In this document: positions 1 through 9,908 of the stretch, in pieces | Position numbering within the stretch: position 1 is the stretch's first letter | Layout: every line of letters starts with the position of its first letter | Assembly (NCBI GenBank): GCA_965223845.1 | Contig: CBDCXR010000004.1 | Span: forward strand, 768,001-832,000 | Source: Planctomycetota bacterium | GTDB taxonomy: Bacteria; Planctomycetota; UBA8108; SXIK01 | DNA: 64,000 nucleotides | Direction: 5' to 3' | Made by a program: the position numbers and the translations under genes | Notes under the pieces: generated by a model | What the model was told of the DNA's origin: nothing | Databases searched by the model: none | What the model saw: the letters and a program-made list of their open reading frames with translations, nothing else

Positions 1-615
1 GAGCGCTTCGGTCGCCTCGCGAATGTTCTTCAGGATTTCGCGCGCGTCCTCCGCCATCTGCGGATCTTGCATCAGCTTCTGGAGGAGACCCTCGCCGGTC
101 CGCAGGTCGGTCACGACCTCTCGCAGGCCTTCGAGAATGTCGTTGATACGTCCTTCGTTCTTCTCGACGAGCGATTCGAGCTGGGCGAACAGGTCGCCCG
201 AGGATCGGCCGTAGTAGACGTCCCCCTCCGGCGGGCGAACCTCCACTCCCTCTTCGCCGTCGGGGTCGATTTCGAGGTAGCGCCCGCCGAGCGCGCCAGC
301 GCTCCGGATCGCGAAGGTCGCGGTCTTCTCGATGGGGAACCGCGCATCGATCGCGCAGACGACGAGAATCGGGCTTTCTTCGCCCACCGCTGGAGCGAAG
401 CGCACCGACTCGATCTGTCCGATACGGTGACCGAGGACCATCACGTCGTCGCCGGCTTTGAGCTGATCCGTCTTCGGGAACCGCACTTGGAGTGCCATCG
501 CTTCGCGTAGAAAGGGAAGCTCGTCCCACTCGAGCGTCACCGCGCCTAGGACGCCCAGGCTGCCAAGGAACGTCACGCCCACCAGAAAGTTTCGTCGCGC
601 TTCGTGTTTCGTCAT
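1..615 (-). CDS. mlaD: MlaD/MCE-family lipid ABC transporter subunit (C-terminus runs off window start)
   Basis: Not in ORF track; hand translation from ATG at 615 (RBS GGAGGAG): MTKHEARRNFLVGVTFLGSLGVLGAVTL (TM anchor), VRFPKTDQLKAGDDVMVLGHRIGQI..SAGALGGRYLEIDP (MCE domain), then helical region; follows mlaF. Confidence 0.9.
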   Translation of the reverse strand, partial: MTKHEARRNFLVGVTFLGSLGVLGAVTLEWDELPFLREAMALQVRFPKTDQLKAGDDVMVLGHRIGQIESVRFAPAVGEESPILVVCAIDARFPIEKTATFAIRSAGALGGRYLEIDPDGEEGVEVRPPEGDVYYGRSSGDLFAQLESLVEKNEGRINDILEGLREVVTDLRTGEGLLQKLMQDPQMAEDAREILKNIREATEAL

Positions 616-656
616 GTCGCTCCTCCCGGGCTCGTCGCGCCCGCGCTCTTGGCGGC

Positions 657-1463
657 CTAAGCTTCCGACGCGGAATCGTCGGTGGTGATCGGGCCTTTCG
701 TGTTTCCCTCGATGAATTGCCGCACGACCGGGTGCGACGTGTGCTTGATCTCCTCCACGCTTCCGAGCGCGATGATCCGACCGTCGTAAAGCATCGCGAT
801 TCGATCAGCGATTCGATACGCACTCTCCATATCATGCGTCACGACGACTTGCGCGGCGCCCAGCACGCGCCGCGTGCGATTGATCAGTTGGTTGATCGTA
901 TTCGCCATGACGGGATCGAGGCCGGATGTCGGCTCGTCGTAGAGAATGATCTCCGGATCGAGGACGACTGCGCGCGCGAGTGCCGCACGCTTCTTCATCC
1001 CTCCGGAAATCTCGCTCGGATACTTTTCGTAGTGCGCCTCCATCTCGACGAGGCCGAGCTTCGCGAGGACGCGTTCTCGGCGCTCCGCAACGCTCATCGT
1101 GCGGCGATGCTCGCGCAGCGGCAAGTCGACGTTTTCGCCGACCGTCATCCAGTTGAGCAGAGCGCCGGACTGGAAGAGATAGCCCATCCGGAGGCTCATC
1201 GTTTTCCGTTCCTTCGCGGTGAGATCGCCGTACGAGGTGCCGAACACCTCCACGGTGCCGCGATCCGGCGTGAGGAGGCCGACGATGTGACGGATCGTCA
1301 CGCTCTTCCCCGTGCCGCTCCGTCCGATGATCACGACCGTCTCACCCGCGTAGACATCGAGATCGACGCCGCGGAGGACGTGAAAGTCGCCGAAGCTCTT
1401 CTCGATCCCTCGCAGCCGAACGACCGGTTCGCGCCCGCCGCGCTCTGTCGCCGTCCCGCTCAC
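657..1463 (-). CDS. mlaF: MlaF/Ttg2A ABC transporter ATP-binding protein
   Basis: Walker A GRSGTGKS, Q-loop FQSGALLN, signature ISGGMKKR, Walker B ILYDEPTSGLDP, H-loop VTHD; GTG start overlaps mlaE stop (GTGA). Confidence 0.93.
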   Translation of the reverse strand: MSGTATERGGREPVVRLRGIEKSFGDFHVLRGVDLDVYAGETVVIIGRSGTGKSVTIRHIVGLLTPDRGTVEVFGTSYGDLTAKERKTMSLRMGYLFQSGALLNWMTVGENVDLPLREHRRTMSVAERRERVLAKLGLVEMEAHYEKYPSEISGGMKKRAALARAVVLDPEIILYDEPTSGLDPVMANTINQLINRTRRVLGAAQVVVTHDMESAYRIADRIAMLYDGRIIALGSVEEIKHTSHPVVRQFIEGNTKGPITTDDSASEA

Positions 1464-2254
1464 GAAGCCGCCGTCCACTGGAACCGGAAGAAGAAGAACG
1501 TCCCGTAGTAGCCGAGGATGATGATCAGGAGGTAGCTGAACACGACCGCCTTCCGCGTCGCCTGTCCGACGCCGATCGCGCCGCCTCTCGTCCTGAGACC
1601 CTGGGTGCAGCCGACGAGCGCGATCACGATTCCGAAGACGAACGCCTTGACGAGCCCCGTGTAGATGTCCTTCCCCGTGAGGTAGTTGAGCGCATCCGTC
1701 CGGAACGCGAGCAAGGAGACGTTGTATTGCGACGACGAGACGATCGCCCCGCCGATGATTCCGACGAGACTCGTGTAGACGGTGATCACGGGCGTCATCA
1801 CCGCCATGGCGATGAGGCGCGGGAGGACGAGAAAGCGCGACGGCTCGATGCTCATGATTTCGAGCGCGTCGATCTCCTCCGAAACCTTCATCGTGCCGAG
1901 CTCCGCGGCCATCGCGGACCCGACGCTCGCCGCGAGGATCAGCGCCGTCATGAAGGGGCCCATCTCGCGCACCATCGACACCGCCACGATGCGGCCGAGG
2001 ATCTTCTCCTGGCCGAGGTCTTCGAGGCTGATTCCCCCGTTGACGGCGAGGATCGCCCCAGTGAACACGCTGACGACGAGTGTCACGGGAACGGTCTCGA
2101 TTCCGCAGACGTACATCTGCCGGTAGAGCGCGTTCCGGTAATCTCGATGCCAGAGCGAGCCGATCTGCGTGAGCGCCTCGGCACCGAGGCGAAGGCCGTA
2201 TCCCGCGGCGTCGCAGGTCTTGAGGATCGTTTCGCCGAGGCTCGTAATCCACAC
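1460..2254 (-). CDS. mlaE: MlaE ABC transporter permease
   Basis: Motifs REMGPFMTALILAASVGSAMAAELGTMKVSEEIDALEIMSIEP and GGAIGVGQATRKAVV; several TM helices. Confidence 0.95.
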   Translation of the reverse strand: MWITSLGETILKTCDAAGYGLRLGAEALTQIGSLWHRDYRNALYRQMYVCGIETVPVTLVVSVFTGAILAVNGGISLEDLGQEKILGRIVAVSMVREMGPFMTALILAASVGSAMAAELGTMKVSEEIDALEIMSIEPSRFLVLPRLIAMAVMTPVITVYTSLVGIIGGAIVSSSQYNVSLLAFRTDALNYLTGKDIYTGLVKAFVFGIVIALVGCTQGLRTRGGAIGVGQATRKAVVFSYLLIIILGYYGTFFFFRFQWTAAS

Positions 2255-2447
2255 GACGGATGAATTACCTCACGGAGGCGAGGACGACAAGGATGTCTCC
2301 GCCGCTCGCGACCGAACTTAGGGAGTGTCAGTGATCAGCCCAGCCGCTTCGCGTCCGGCTTCACGCCATCTTCGGTCGCTTCCGCGTGCGCGACTGAATC
2401 TGACTCGATTCCGGCCGGTCTTCGGCCAGCTAGCGTCTGACGCTGCC

Positions 2448-3896
2448 CTACCACCAGGGGATGTAAAGGAGACGGACCGAGAACGCATCCGCACGATAGC
2501 CGCATTCGAACAACCCGCCGAGCACCGTGAAGAGGCGCTCCTTCGCTGCGCGATCGGAGCGGTACGAGACCGCACCGTAGAGAAGCTCCCACCCGGATAG
2601 ATCTGAGCGATTGCGGTAACGAAAAAGCTCGAACCACCGCGAATAGTAGCGACGGTAACTCTCTTTCCTCGTCCAGAGAGGCGCGAGGAAATCGAGTTCG
2701 ACCTCATGTCCGCGCCGCCGGTACGCGACGAACGGCCAGAGCTGCCATTCACTCGTCGTCTCGAACGTCTCGGAGTCGACGCGGTGGAAATGCCAGTAGA
2801 GAGGCATGAACCAGAAGTGAGTGGTCTCCTCGGCACCGTTCGTGTTCCAGTCGTAGCGCTGAATCGGCCAGAGGGCGAATTGACGGTACCGGCGCCGGAC
2901 GACGCCGCGCGTTCCGACCGGCTCCGTTTCCCGCTTAACGCCGAAAAGCGGCCAGATGTCGGTCTGCTCTTGGTTCACGCGGTACGGAAAGAGATAGCCC
3001 CCGTAAGAGCGTTCGCCCGTCTTGCGGTCGAGTGTCGTCTGAAAGAACGGCCAGAGATACGTCTCGGTTTCCCGGCGTTCGCTGCGGCTGTAGCCGTAGA
3101 ACGGAAACGAGAAGAAGGTGTCCGTCGGGCGTGTGTCGAGGAGATTCTTCCCGCGAATGTAGAACGGCCACAGAATCGCCGTCCGCTCGTACCGGGGCTC
3201 GCCCGATTCGTTCGTCGCGTCGTATCGAGCGTAGAACGGCCAGAGTCGAGAGCCGCTCCGGTGGGGGCCCCACACGCGGTTGTAGAAGGGGAAGAGAACG
3301 TGAAGCGAGTTGCGCTGGTCGTTCTCCCAGTACCAAACGAGAGGAAAGAGCGCGAACACGGTCCGCTTTTGACCGAAAACCCCCTTCAGCACACCGCCGA
3401 GAGGAAAGACCGCTGCGTAGGGACCTGCCGCGGCGTCGCGGCCCCAAAATGCGATCGGGAACACCATCCAATCGACGTCGAGTCCTTCGGGCTGCCGCAC
3501 GCGGCGGTGAAAGAGGATGGGGAGGACGCGGAACGAGATGTCGTCGAGACCGGTGCGAGTCGCTTCCACAAACGGCGGAAACGAGGACCAGCGCGAGGAC
3601 TCGAGTGTCCGCTCGTGACTCCAGAACGGTCGGACGAGGGTTTCCGACCCTCCCGGCTCCCGGACGTTCGTACTCGCCGACGGATACGTCTCCCAGAACG
3701 GCGGGAGACCGTACGTACCGTCGATCGTCCGGCAGCCCGAGGCGAAGAGTGCCGTGAAGACCGCGCAGCCCGCGACCGCTCGCATCCGCGCGCCGATCGC
3801 CGCCCGGACTCGAAGTCCCCCGACGCGTCGACGGGTCGACGACTCGCGCGCCCCCGCGTTACGCGAGGGTCGCGATCGGAATGAGCCGGCCGTCAT
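2448..3896 (-). CDS. Hypothetical lipoprotein with repeated aromatic-Pro-aromatic (WPF/FPF) motifs
   Basis: ATG at 3896 overlaps upstream stop (ATGA); alternative ATG 3785; lipobox-like LFASGC; many W/F-P-F/L/I turns; ends YIPWW. Confidence 0.75.
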   Translation of the reverse strand: MTAGSFRSRPSRNAGARESSTRRRVGGLRVRAAIGARMRAVAGCAVFTALFASGCRTIDGTYGLPPFWETYPSASTNVREPGGSETLVRPFWSHERTLESSRWSSFPPFVEATRTGLDDISFRVLPILFHRRVRQPEGLDVDWMVFPIAFWGRDAAAGPYAAVFPLGGVLKGVFGQKRTVFALFPLVWYWENDQRNSLHVLFPFYNRVWGPHRSGSRLWPFYARYDATNESGEPRYERTAILWPFYIRGKNLLDTRPTDTFFSFPFYGYSRSERRETETYLWPFFQTTLDRKTGERSYGGYLFPYRVNQEQTDIWPLFGVKRETEPVGTRGVVRRRYRQFALWPIQRYDWNTNGAEETTHFWFMPLYWHFHRVDSETFETTSEWQLWPFVAYRRRGHEVELDFLAPLWTRKESYRRYYSRWFELFRYRNRSDLSGWELLYGAVSYRSDRAAKERLFTVLGGLFECGYRADAFSVRLLYIPWW

Positions 3897-6800
3897 TCCA
3901 GGCGAACTCGGGGAAAGAAGTTCGGAAGAAGGAACTGCCAAACGAGGCTGCTCTTCTGCTGCTGTGGGAGCAACTGGCAGGTATTGATGCTCAGAGTCTT
4001 CGCCGCGCCCTGACCCGTATCGTCGTCGGTGAGAAGGAGGCTGAGGCCGAACGAGAATCCCCGGAAGGGCGGTGCCTGGGCGTTGTTGCCGAACGACGAC
4101 CACGGGAGCGCGACTTCGTACACGGCGCCGGAATTGTCGCCGCGACGCTTCACCGCAAACTCGCCGCGCGGCTTGCTTCGCCCCTCGCCGCCGTCTTCAC
4201 CCTCATCCTCGCCGTCGCCGTCTCCGCCTTGATCGCCGTCCTGTTCCCCGTCCTTCCCGCGACGTTTCGGCAGCGTGAGAGCAAGAGTCATCAATTGGTC
4301 GTCCTCGCCGAAGAAACCCCGATTGCCGGTCGGGTCGATTCCGATGAGGAGGCAATCTCCGACCCAGTTCTCCGCTTCCCGATCGTAGGGATAGAGGGCG
4401 TCGTCGGTGACTTCGAGCGCGAAGTAGAAGTTCTCCTCGTCCCACCCGGTGTAGAGAGTCGCCGACAGGTCGTCTTCCCCGTCCCAATGCTGAGCGGATC
4501 CCGATCCCGGGATCGTGCCGACGTGCCGAGGAGTCGCGAGGTGGACGCGTGATCCGATGTCCCACACGTCGCTGAGTTCGCCGTCGATCGTCGGGCGCAC
4601 GGTCAATCGCTGGCAGCTCAGCCGTGGCGCGTCACCGAATCGCTTAAATCGACGCTCGGTGTATTCCTCCTTGTACCCATCGAGGAGGTGACGGATTCGC
4701 AGCTGCTGCCCTTGCGGCTGACTCGCCATGCTCGCGTCCGAAAGAAGGGATTGATCGAGGAGGTCGATCGCGCTCTCGACCTTTCCCTTCTGAAAGTACG
4801 CCTGCGCAAGCGCGACCAGGCGACCCGGATCCCCGGGCTGCTCGAGCCATCGTTCGACGAGATCGATTTCGGTGAAGTGCTCCGCGTCGACGTCGCGCGG
4901 CGGAGCCGATTCGAAGGCGCAGTCGCCGCCGTTCGTCAGCACGATGTACCGGCCGCCGAGGAGTGTGCTCGCGGGAGACTCCTTCTCGGCGAGGAAGCTG
5001 TTGATCGACTCGGCGTCCGCCGGCCGCCCGATCCCTTGAATCTTGTCGAAGAGATTCACCGAGTTGTTCGGATCGTGGAACACGAGGGCGTCGCTCGCGA
5101 TGAAGAGCCGCCGTGCGGCCGTTCCGCTGTAGAACGTGCCGAGCTTGATCGGCTTCGGCCACGCCGAGTGGGCCACCGAACGCCGCCGCGCACCGGTGTC
5201 GCGGATCTCGAGCGCGAGGAGGTGCCACTGGTAGTCGCCGTAGACGATGTAGAGCCGGTTTCTCTCGCGAAACACCGAGATGCGCGTGAACTTCGGCGGT
5301 AGGTTCTCGAGCTGCCACTGAATTCCGCCCGAACCGAGCGTCACACCGGCCAGCACCGGGGAACTCGCTCCGCGCCGCGCGAAGAGCACCACGCATTCCG
5401 CGGGCGCCTCGTCCGAGTAGCTGAGCGCCGCGACGCTCGATCCGCGAGCAACGGGGATCGTCCAGAGCGCCGATTCCGTCCCGAGATCGAACAGCTTGAG
5501 TTCGTGCGCGGTCGCGAGGAGGACGCGGTCACCTGGAACTTCGACCGGGGCCGAACGAGCCAGTGCCTCGCCGGGGATGAGTCGCAGCGCATCTCCGCCC
5601 AACGCGTCGTGGACTCGGATACCGCCGCCCTTTTGGTGAACAAAGAGACGATTGTGGGCGAAGTGGAACGGGACGAGCGGCGCCGGAACGTAGTCGAGCA
5701 CCTTCTTCCACAGCGTCTCGCCGCGCAGATTGAAATGATAGAGGGCGACCTCGGTGCGCACCCCGCTCTTCGCACTCAGCGCGAAGACGCCCGAGGCGTT
5801 GATCTCGACGGCGCGCAGGCGCTCGGAGAGAAACGGTACGCCGGCGGTCGGCGCAGTCGACTTGCCGCCGAAGGGCACATTCCAGCGCACGGTCGGCGCG
5901 GAGACGTCGATCGCGAACAGATTGTGCTCGTCGTAGAGAACGAGGAGCTTGCCTTCGAACGCGCCACGGAGCGCACGTGGACCACTGCGCGGAATTCGCG
6001 CAATGAACGATGAGCGGCTGAGCTCGAATCCGGGAATGTTTTCGAGCTCGACGCGCCACCGGGCGAGACCGGTCGCGGCCTCGCGGCACTCGACCGTGTC
6101 GGACGACTGGGTGAGGAACGTCCCTTCGAGCTCGCTCGGAACGCGTCCACCGGGAAAGATGAACCGGCGGCTGAGCGCCCCGAGGTCCGCGCGCGACCGC
6201 CAAGCCATCCGAAGCGGAGGTTTGAGCGACTCCGGTTCGAGCGGCGGAAGCGCGACGAGGCCGGGATCCTGCAGCCGCGGCTCCAAGTACTGGCGCACCG
6301 TCTCCCCCTGGACCATTCCGTGAACGCCGTCGACGACGTCGTCCCCGTGCGATTCGATGAGTCGCAGCGCGCGATCCTTGGCGTCGCGCCGATGCCCGCT
6401 CAGGGAGAGCAGGTTGACGAGCGTCAGGTGAACGCGCACGATCTCGCCCCGGTCGATGCGCGGATCGGCTTCGTAGTCGACCAAGTAGTCCTCGAGAGCC
6501 GAGATCGCCTGGTCGTAGCTCCGGCGGTCTCGGTAGCCGAGAGACGCATCGAGGAACGCCTTCGCTCCGGCGAGAGTGAACGGATAGTTGCGCGTGACGC
6601 CGCGCGATGAAATCGGGTTGTTCGTCTTCCGCGCTTGCGCGAGCGCCTCTTCCGCCGCGGCTTCGGTCGCGGCGAACACGCCCGGATCGTTCGCCGCCCG
6701 CAGCGCTCGTAGCCGCTGCCGCACGTACGCGGCGGCGCCGACGGGCGGCGCTTCCGGCGGCGTGTACTTTCGCGTCCAGGCTCCGTGCTGAAGCGCGGCG

Positions 6801-9427
6801 TGGTAGCTCGCGAGAGCCTTTCCCGGGAAGCCGGTCTTCTCGTAATGAGCGGCGAGCTCGATCGCCGCTCGCAGCTTGCGTTCGGGGGCGCTCTCGAGCT
6901 GGTAACGGTACTCGAGAAAGAGCGAGACGGTAGAGCGATCGCGAAACGTCCCACCGGCGAGCTCGGGCGCCCGGCTGTACTCCTCGAGCAGCTCGGCGAG
7001 CTCGACTTGGAGTCGATCGAGACCCGAGTTCGCGAGCGGGGCCGGCCGAGGACCCGCGAGCCACGTCGCGAGCTCGGTGAGTCCGGCATCGAGCTCGTAG
7101 TTGCGCAGGCGGTGTTTGGCGCGGCGGAGGATCACCTCCGGCTCCTTCCCCGCCAGACGGGTCATCCTCACGTCGGCCGAGCGTCGATCATCGTAGATGA
7201 AAAGGGATTCGGGTGTGACGACCGCGAGTCGCTCGCCGCTGAGGAAGAGGTTTCCACCGCCGCCGACGTCCCACGCGCTCCGCGACGCGATGCGACCGTC
7301 CGCCGGCGAGAGGACGAGGAGGTCGCGGCGACCGGGGAGGAGAATTCCCGTCGGTGCGACGGCCGGCCGGCCGAGCGGCGAAAAACCGTGGGCGTTCGCG
7401 TCGAAGCTCCACAGTCGCGATCCAGGGGCGGGGCCTCGGTACGTCACCGCGGAGACGGTGCGACCGGCAAGGATGACTGCGTCGGACGTGAGACCCGCGA
7501 GCACGGCGCTCCGCTCGCGCCTCGACGACCACGCGATCTCCCCCGACTCTTTGTTCACTCCGAGCAGTCGCGAAGAGTCCTGCGGTGCGACGACGATTCG
7601 ATTACCGGCGTCGACCACCGGGCTCGCGCGCCACCGATTCGTCGTTCGAATCGCGTCCTCGAGAGCGCTCGGGATGAGCGTCGGGTACTCGAGGAGCCAA
7701 CGGATCGTCCCGTCTGCGGCGTCGACCCGCGCGAGCAGCCCTTCGTTCGAGAGGACGTAGACGGCGGCGCCGTCGCAGTGAGCGGGCGAGCTGACGCTTC
7801 CGAGCCCGAGGTAGTCGGGACTGGTCGCGGTGCCGAGGTAGGTCTGCCACTCGACTCCGCCGGTGCGATCGAGGCTGAGAACGAAGAGGAGCGAGTCGCC
7901 CTCGACCTGCGTGGTCGCGGCGACGATGATGCGTTCATCGCAGAGCGCGACTGGCGCGAGGAGGCACTCCGCGCGCGCGGGTGCCGGCGTATTTCCCGCG
8001 GGTTCCGGTGCGGCGTCGTCGCTCGCGCCGTCGGCACCGGCGCCGTCCGGAGTCTCGGTCTCGTCTTCACTCCCACCGGCAGGTTCATTGGCCGCGTCGT
8101 TTCGTTCTTGGTCTCGTGTCTCTCCAAACGGTTGGCTCGACGTGCGTGCCTCGAGTCGCTTCGCGGTCAGATCGTAGTCGATTCGCGAGGACCAACGATG
8201 GCTCCCGTCCGTCGAGCGGAACGCGCTCACGACAGCACCGGTCGCGACGAAACACAGTTCCGGTCCGAGTGAGACGACGCGCGTCCCCGCGAAGCCGCGC
8301 GGTTCCGGCGTGAGACCGACCGTCCACTCGACGGCGTACGTCTCCGCGTCGACCGAGGTCACCCGATCTGCGTGCTGAAAGACGACGCGCCGGCCATCTC
8401 CCGTCGCGTGATAGGGATGCGGGACGTCGGTGACCGCTCGCGAAGAGAGCTCGCGAACGAGCGGCCGGAGCCTCGAGTCGGCGACGGCTTCGTGAAACTG
8501 AACGCTCCCGAGCCGAAATGGGGCGGGTGGAGTCGTGCGCACGTCGACGATGCGGGGGCGAAGGCCATCGGCGACGAGTGGGGGACGGCGCAGAGCCTCG
8601 CTCTCGAGTGTCGGGAGCGCCCCGTCGATCGCACTGTCGATGCGCTTGCGAAAGCTCTCCGTGAACTCGGTGTAGAGGGGATCCGAACGCAGCTCGCGGA
8701 GTGCGGTGAGTTGTGCGTCGAGCTCGGCCCGCTCCGCGCGCGCGGCGGCGATCGTGATCAGCAAGACGCGAACCGAGACTCGGAGGCGGAGGAGCTCCTT
8801 CGCGGCGTCGGAGGAGTCGCCGGGCGCGGTGGGCGGGAGAGCTCCCAAGAACACGTCGCTCGCCGCGCGGCAAGATTCCCAGGCCCCGCTCTCGAAGCTC
8901 GTCGTGATCTCCTCGAGGAGAAGCTCGCGCCGGAGGCCCGAGCGAGGAAAGTCGCGGAGGAGGCGGCGCCGAATCGGCGAGCGAGCGGCCTCGTCGAGCC
9001 GGGAGCAGACGTCGTTCCAGCCCCGGCGGAGCACGGCGTCGAGGCGCTCCCGATAGCGAAGGGCGTAGGGGTCCGGCAGCCGCTCAGCGAGATCGGCGAA
9101 GAGCTTCGCGGCGCCGACCGACAACCCGCCGCCGCTCGAGACGACTCCACCGGCTTCGGGCTTCGCCCAGAGGTCAAACGACTTCGAGAGCCCCTCGAGA
9201 ACCATGTCCCAGCGCTCGCGCCGGGCGAACTCTTCGACCCGCCGAAAGAGCGACCCGTAGTCGCCCTCGGGGGGGACCAGCACCCGCGCCGGGGTCAGAT
9301 CCTGGGCGAGGGATCCGGGGAGCGCGGAGAGCACGATCGCTAGAGCGACGGCAAACCACCCCCGCGACCGCCGCCGCGGCGGAGGGTTTTCGGAACCTCG
9401 GCGACGACGCGGAGGCCAGGGGGACAT
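3893..9427 (-). CDS. Giant exported PQQ-like (BamB-type) beta-propeller/TPR protein with C-terminal CBM9-like sugar-binding domain
   Basis: ATG at 9427 with RBS GAGAGGGAG; signal peptide WFAVALAIVLSALPGSLA; PQQ repeats (VDAADGTIRW, ESGEIAW, ATGLARW); helical TPR segments; PTIDGELSDVW..GWDEENFYFALEVTDD..YEVALPW typical of CBM9-like domains. Confidence 0.8.
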   Translation of the reverse strand: MSPWPPRRRRGSENPPPRRRSRGWFAVALAIVLSALPGSLAQDLTPARVLVPPEGDYGSLFRRVEEFARRERWDMVLEGLSKSFDLWAKPEAGGVVSSGGGLSVGAAKLFADLAERLPDPYALRYRERLDAVLRRGWNDVCSRLDEAARSPIRRRLLRDFPRSGLRRELLLEEITTSFESGAWESCRAASDVFLGALPPTAPGDSSDAAKELLRLRVSVRVLLITIAAARAERAELDAQLTALRELRSDPLYTEFTESFRKRIDSAIDGALPTLESEALRRPPLVADGLRPRIVDVRTTPPAPFRLGSVQFHEAVADSRLRPLVRELSSRAVTDVPHPYHATGDGRRVVFQHADRVTSVDAETYAVEWTVGLTPEPRGFAGTRVVSLGPELCFVATGAVVSAFRSTDGSHRWSSRIDYDLTAKRLEARTSSQPFGETRDQERNDAANEPAGGSEDETETPDGAGADGASDDAAPEPAGNTPAPARAECLLAPVALCDERIIVAATTQVEGDSLLFVLSLDRTGGVEWQTYLGTATSPDYLGLGSVSSPAHCDGAAVYVLSNEGLLARVDAADGTIRWLLEYPTLIPSALEDAIRTTNRWRASPVVDAGNRIVVAPQDSSRLLGVNKESGEIAWSSRRERSAVLAGLTSDAVILAGRTVSAVTYRGPAPGSRLWSFDANAHGFSPLGRPAVAPTGILLPGRRDLLVLSPADGRIASRSAWDVGGGGNLFLSGERLAVVTPESLFIYDDRRSADVRMTRLAGKEPEVILRRAKHRLRNYELDAGLTELATWLAGPRPAPLANSGLDRLQVELAELLEEYSRAPELAGGTFRDRSTVSLFLEYRYQLESAPERKLRAAIELAAHYEKTGFPGKALASYHAALQHGAWTRKYTPPEAPPVGAAAYVRQRLRALRAANDPGVFAATEAAAEEALAQARKTNNPISSRGVTRNYPFTLAGAKAFLDASLGYRDRRSYDQAISALEDYLVDYEADPRIDRGEIVRVHLTLVNLLSLSGHRRDAKDRALRLIESHGDDVVDGVHGMVQGETVRQYLEPRLQDPGLVALPPLEPESLKPPLRMAWRSRADLGALSRRFIFPGGRVPSELEGTFLTQSSDTVECREAATGLARWRVELENIPGFELSRSSFIARIPRSGPRALRGAFEGKLLVLYDEHNLFAIDVSAPTVRWNVPFGGKSTAPTAGVPFLSERLRAVEINASGVFALSAKSGVRTEVALYHFNLRGETLWKKVLDYVPAPLVPFHFAHNRLFVHQKGGGIRVHDALGGDALRLIPGEALARSAPVEVPGDRVLLATAHELKLFDLGTESALWTIPVARGSSVAALSYSDEAPAECVVLFARRGASSPVLAGVTLGSGGIQWQLENLPPKFTRISVFRERNRLYIVYGDYQWHLLALEIRDTGARRRSVAHSAWPKPIKLGTFYSGTAARRLFIASDALVFHDPNNSVNLFDKIQGIGRPADAESINSFLAEKESPASTLLGGRYIVLTNGGDCAFESAPPRDVDAEHFTEIDLVERWLEQPGDPGRLVALAQAYFQKGKVESAIDLLDQSLLSDASMASQPQGQQLRIRHLLDGYKEEYTERRFKRFGDAPRLSCQRLTVRPTIDGELSDVWDIGSRVHLATPRHVGTIPGSGSAQHWDGEDDLSATLYTGWDEENFYFALEVTDDALYPYDREAENWVGDCLLIGIDPTGNRGFFGEDDQLMTLALTLPKRRGKDGEQDGDQGGDGDGEDEGEDGGEGRSKPRGEFAVKRRGDNSGAVYEVALPWSSFGNNAQAPPFRGFSFGLSLLLTDDDTGQGAAKTLSINTCQLLPQQQKSSLVWQFLLPNFFPRVRLE

Positions 9428-9566
9428 CGTCTCCCTCTCGAGTTCGAGTGGTGTTCGCCAGAGCTCGACCCGCGGCGCAGAGCCCGCGCGGGAGAGACCG
9501 AGCGAACGGTCGGCACGATTCCGTAAGGTATTTTTAGAAATAAAGTTAGTCGCGTTCTGAATCAGC

Positions 9567-9595
9567 ATTTTAGGGCGCTTGCTGGGAACCGTCAA
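9567..9595 (-). promoter_or_regulatory. sigma70-type promoter for the PQQ-protein operon
   Basis: Minus strand TTGACG-17 nt-TAAAAT in an AT-rich patch about 140 nt upstream of ATG 9427. Confidence 0.7.
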
Positions 9596-9908
9596 GAAAC
9601 GCGGAGGGGGCTCCACAGAGTCCCCCTGGGCGCCTCGTAACCCGGAGCGGGTCCGAGATCACCAGAGCGTTCCCTAGCGGAAAATCGACGGTTCCGGCGA
9701 CCGTCGTGCAGCGAAACTGGCCGGTCCGTGGACGGGTGCGGGGGGCGCTGGCGGTCGGCTTCGATCGGCCGGCTCGCCGCCGCCCGGCCGGCCGCGATCC
9801 CGACGGGTCCAGCGCGACCCGCGGGAACCGGGAGCCAGCGACTCCGATCGGCTATGCTGGCTGGGACCGGGACCGAGGCTGCTTCCGCTCAGGAGAGGAG
9901 GAGTCGTT

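Noticed and set aside
657-2252. Apparent 531-aa MlaF, and similar long N-terminal extensions on the kinase (to 21058), RluA (to 22311), DUF72 (to 22616) and HEAT protein (from 29243)
   Set aside because: Extensions are out-of-frame readings of neighbouring genes; stop/start overlaps or nearby ATGs give better starts
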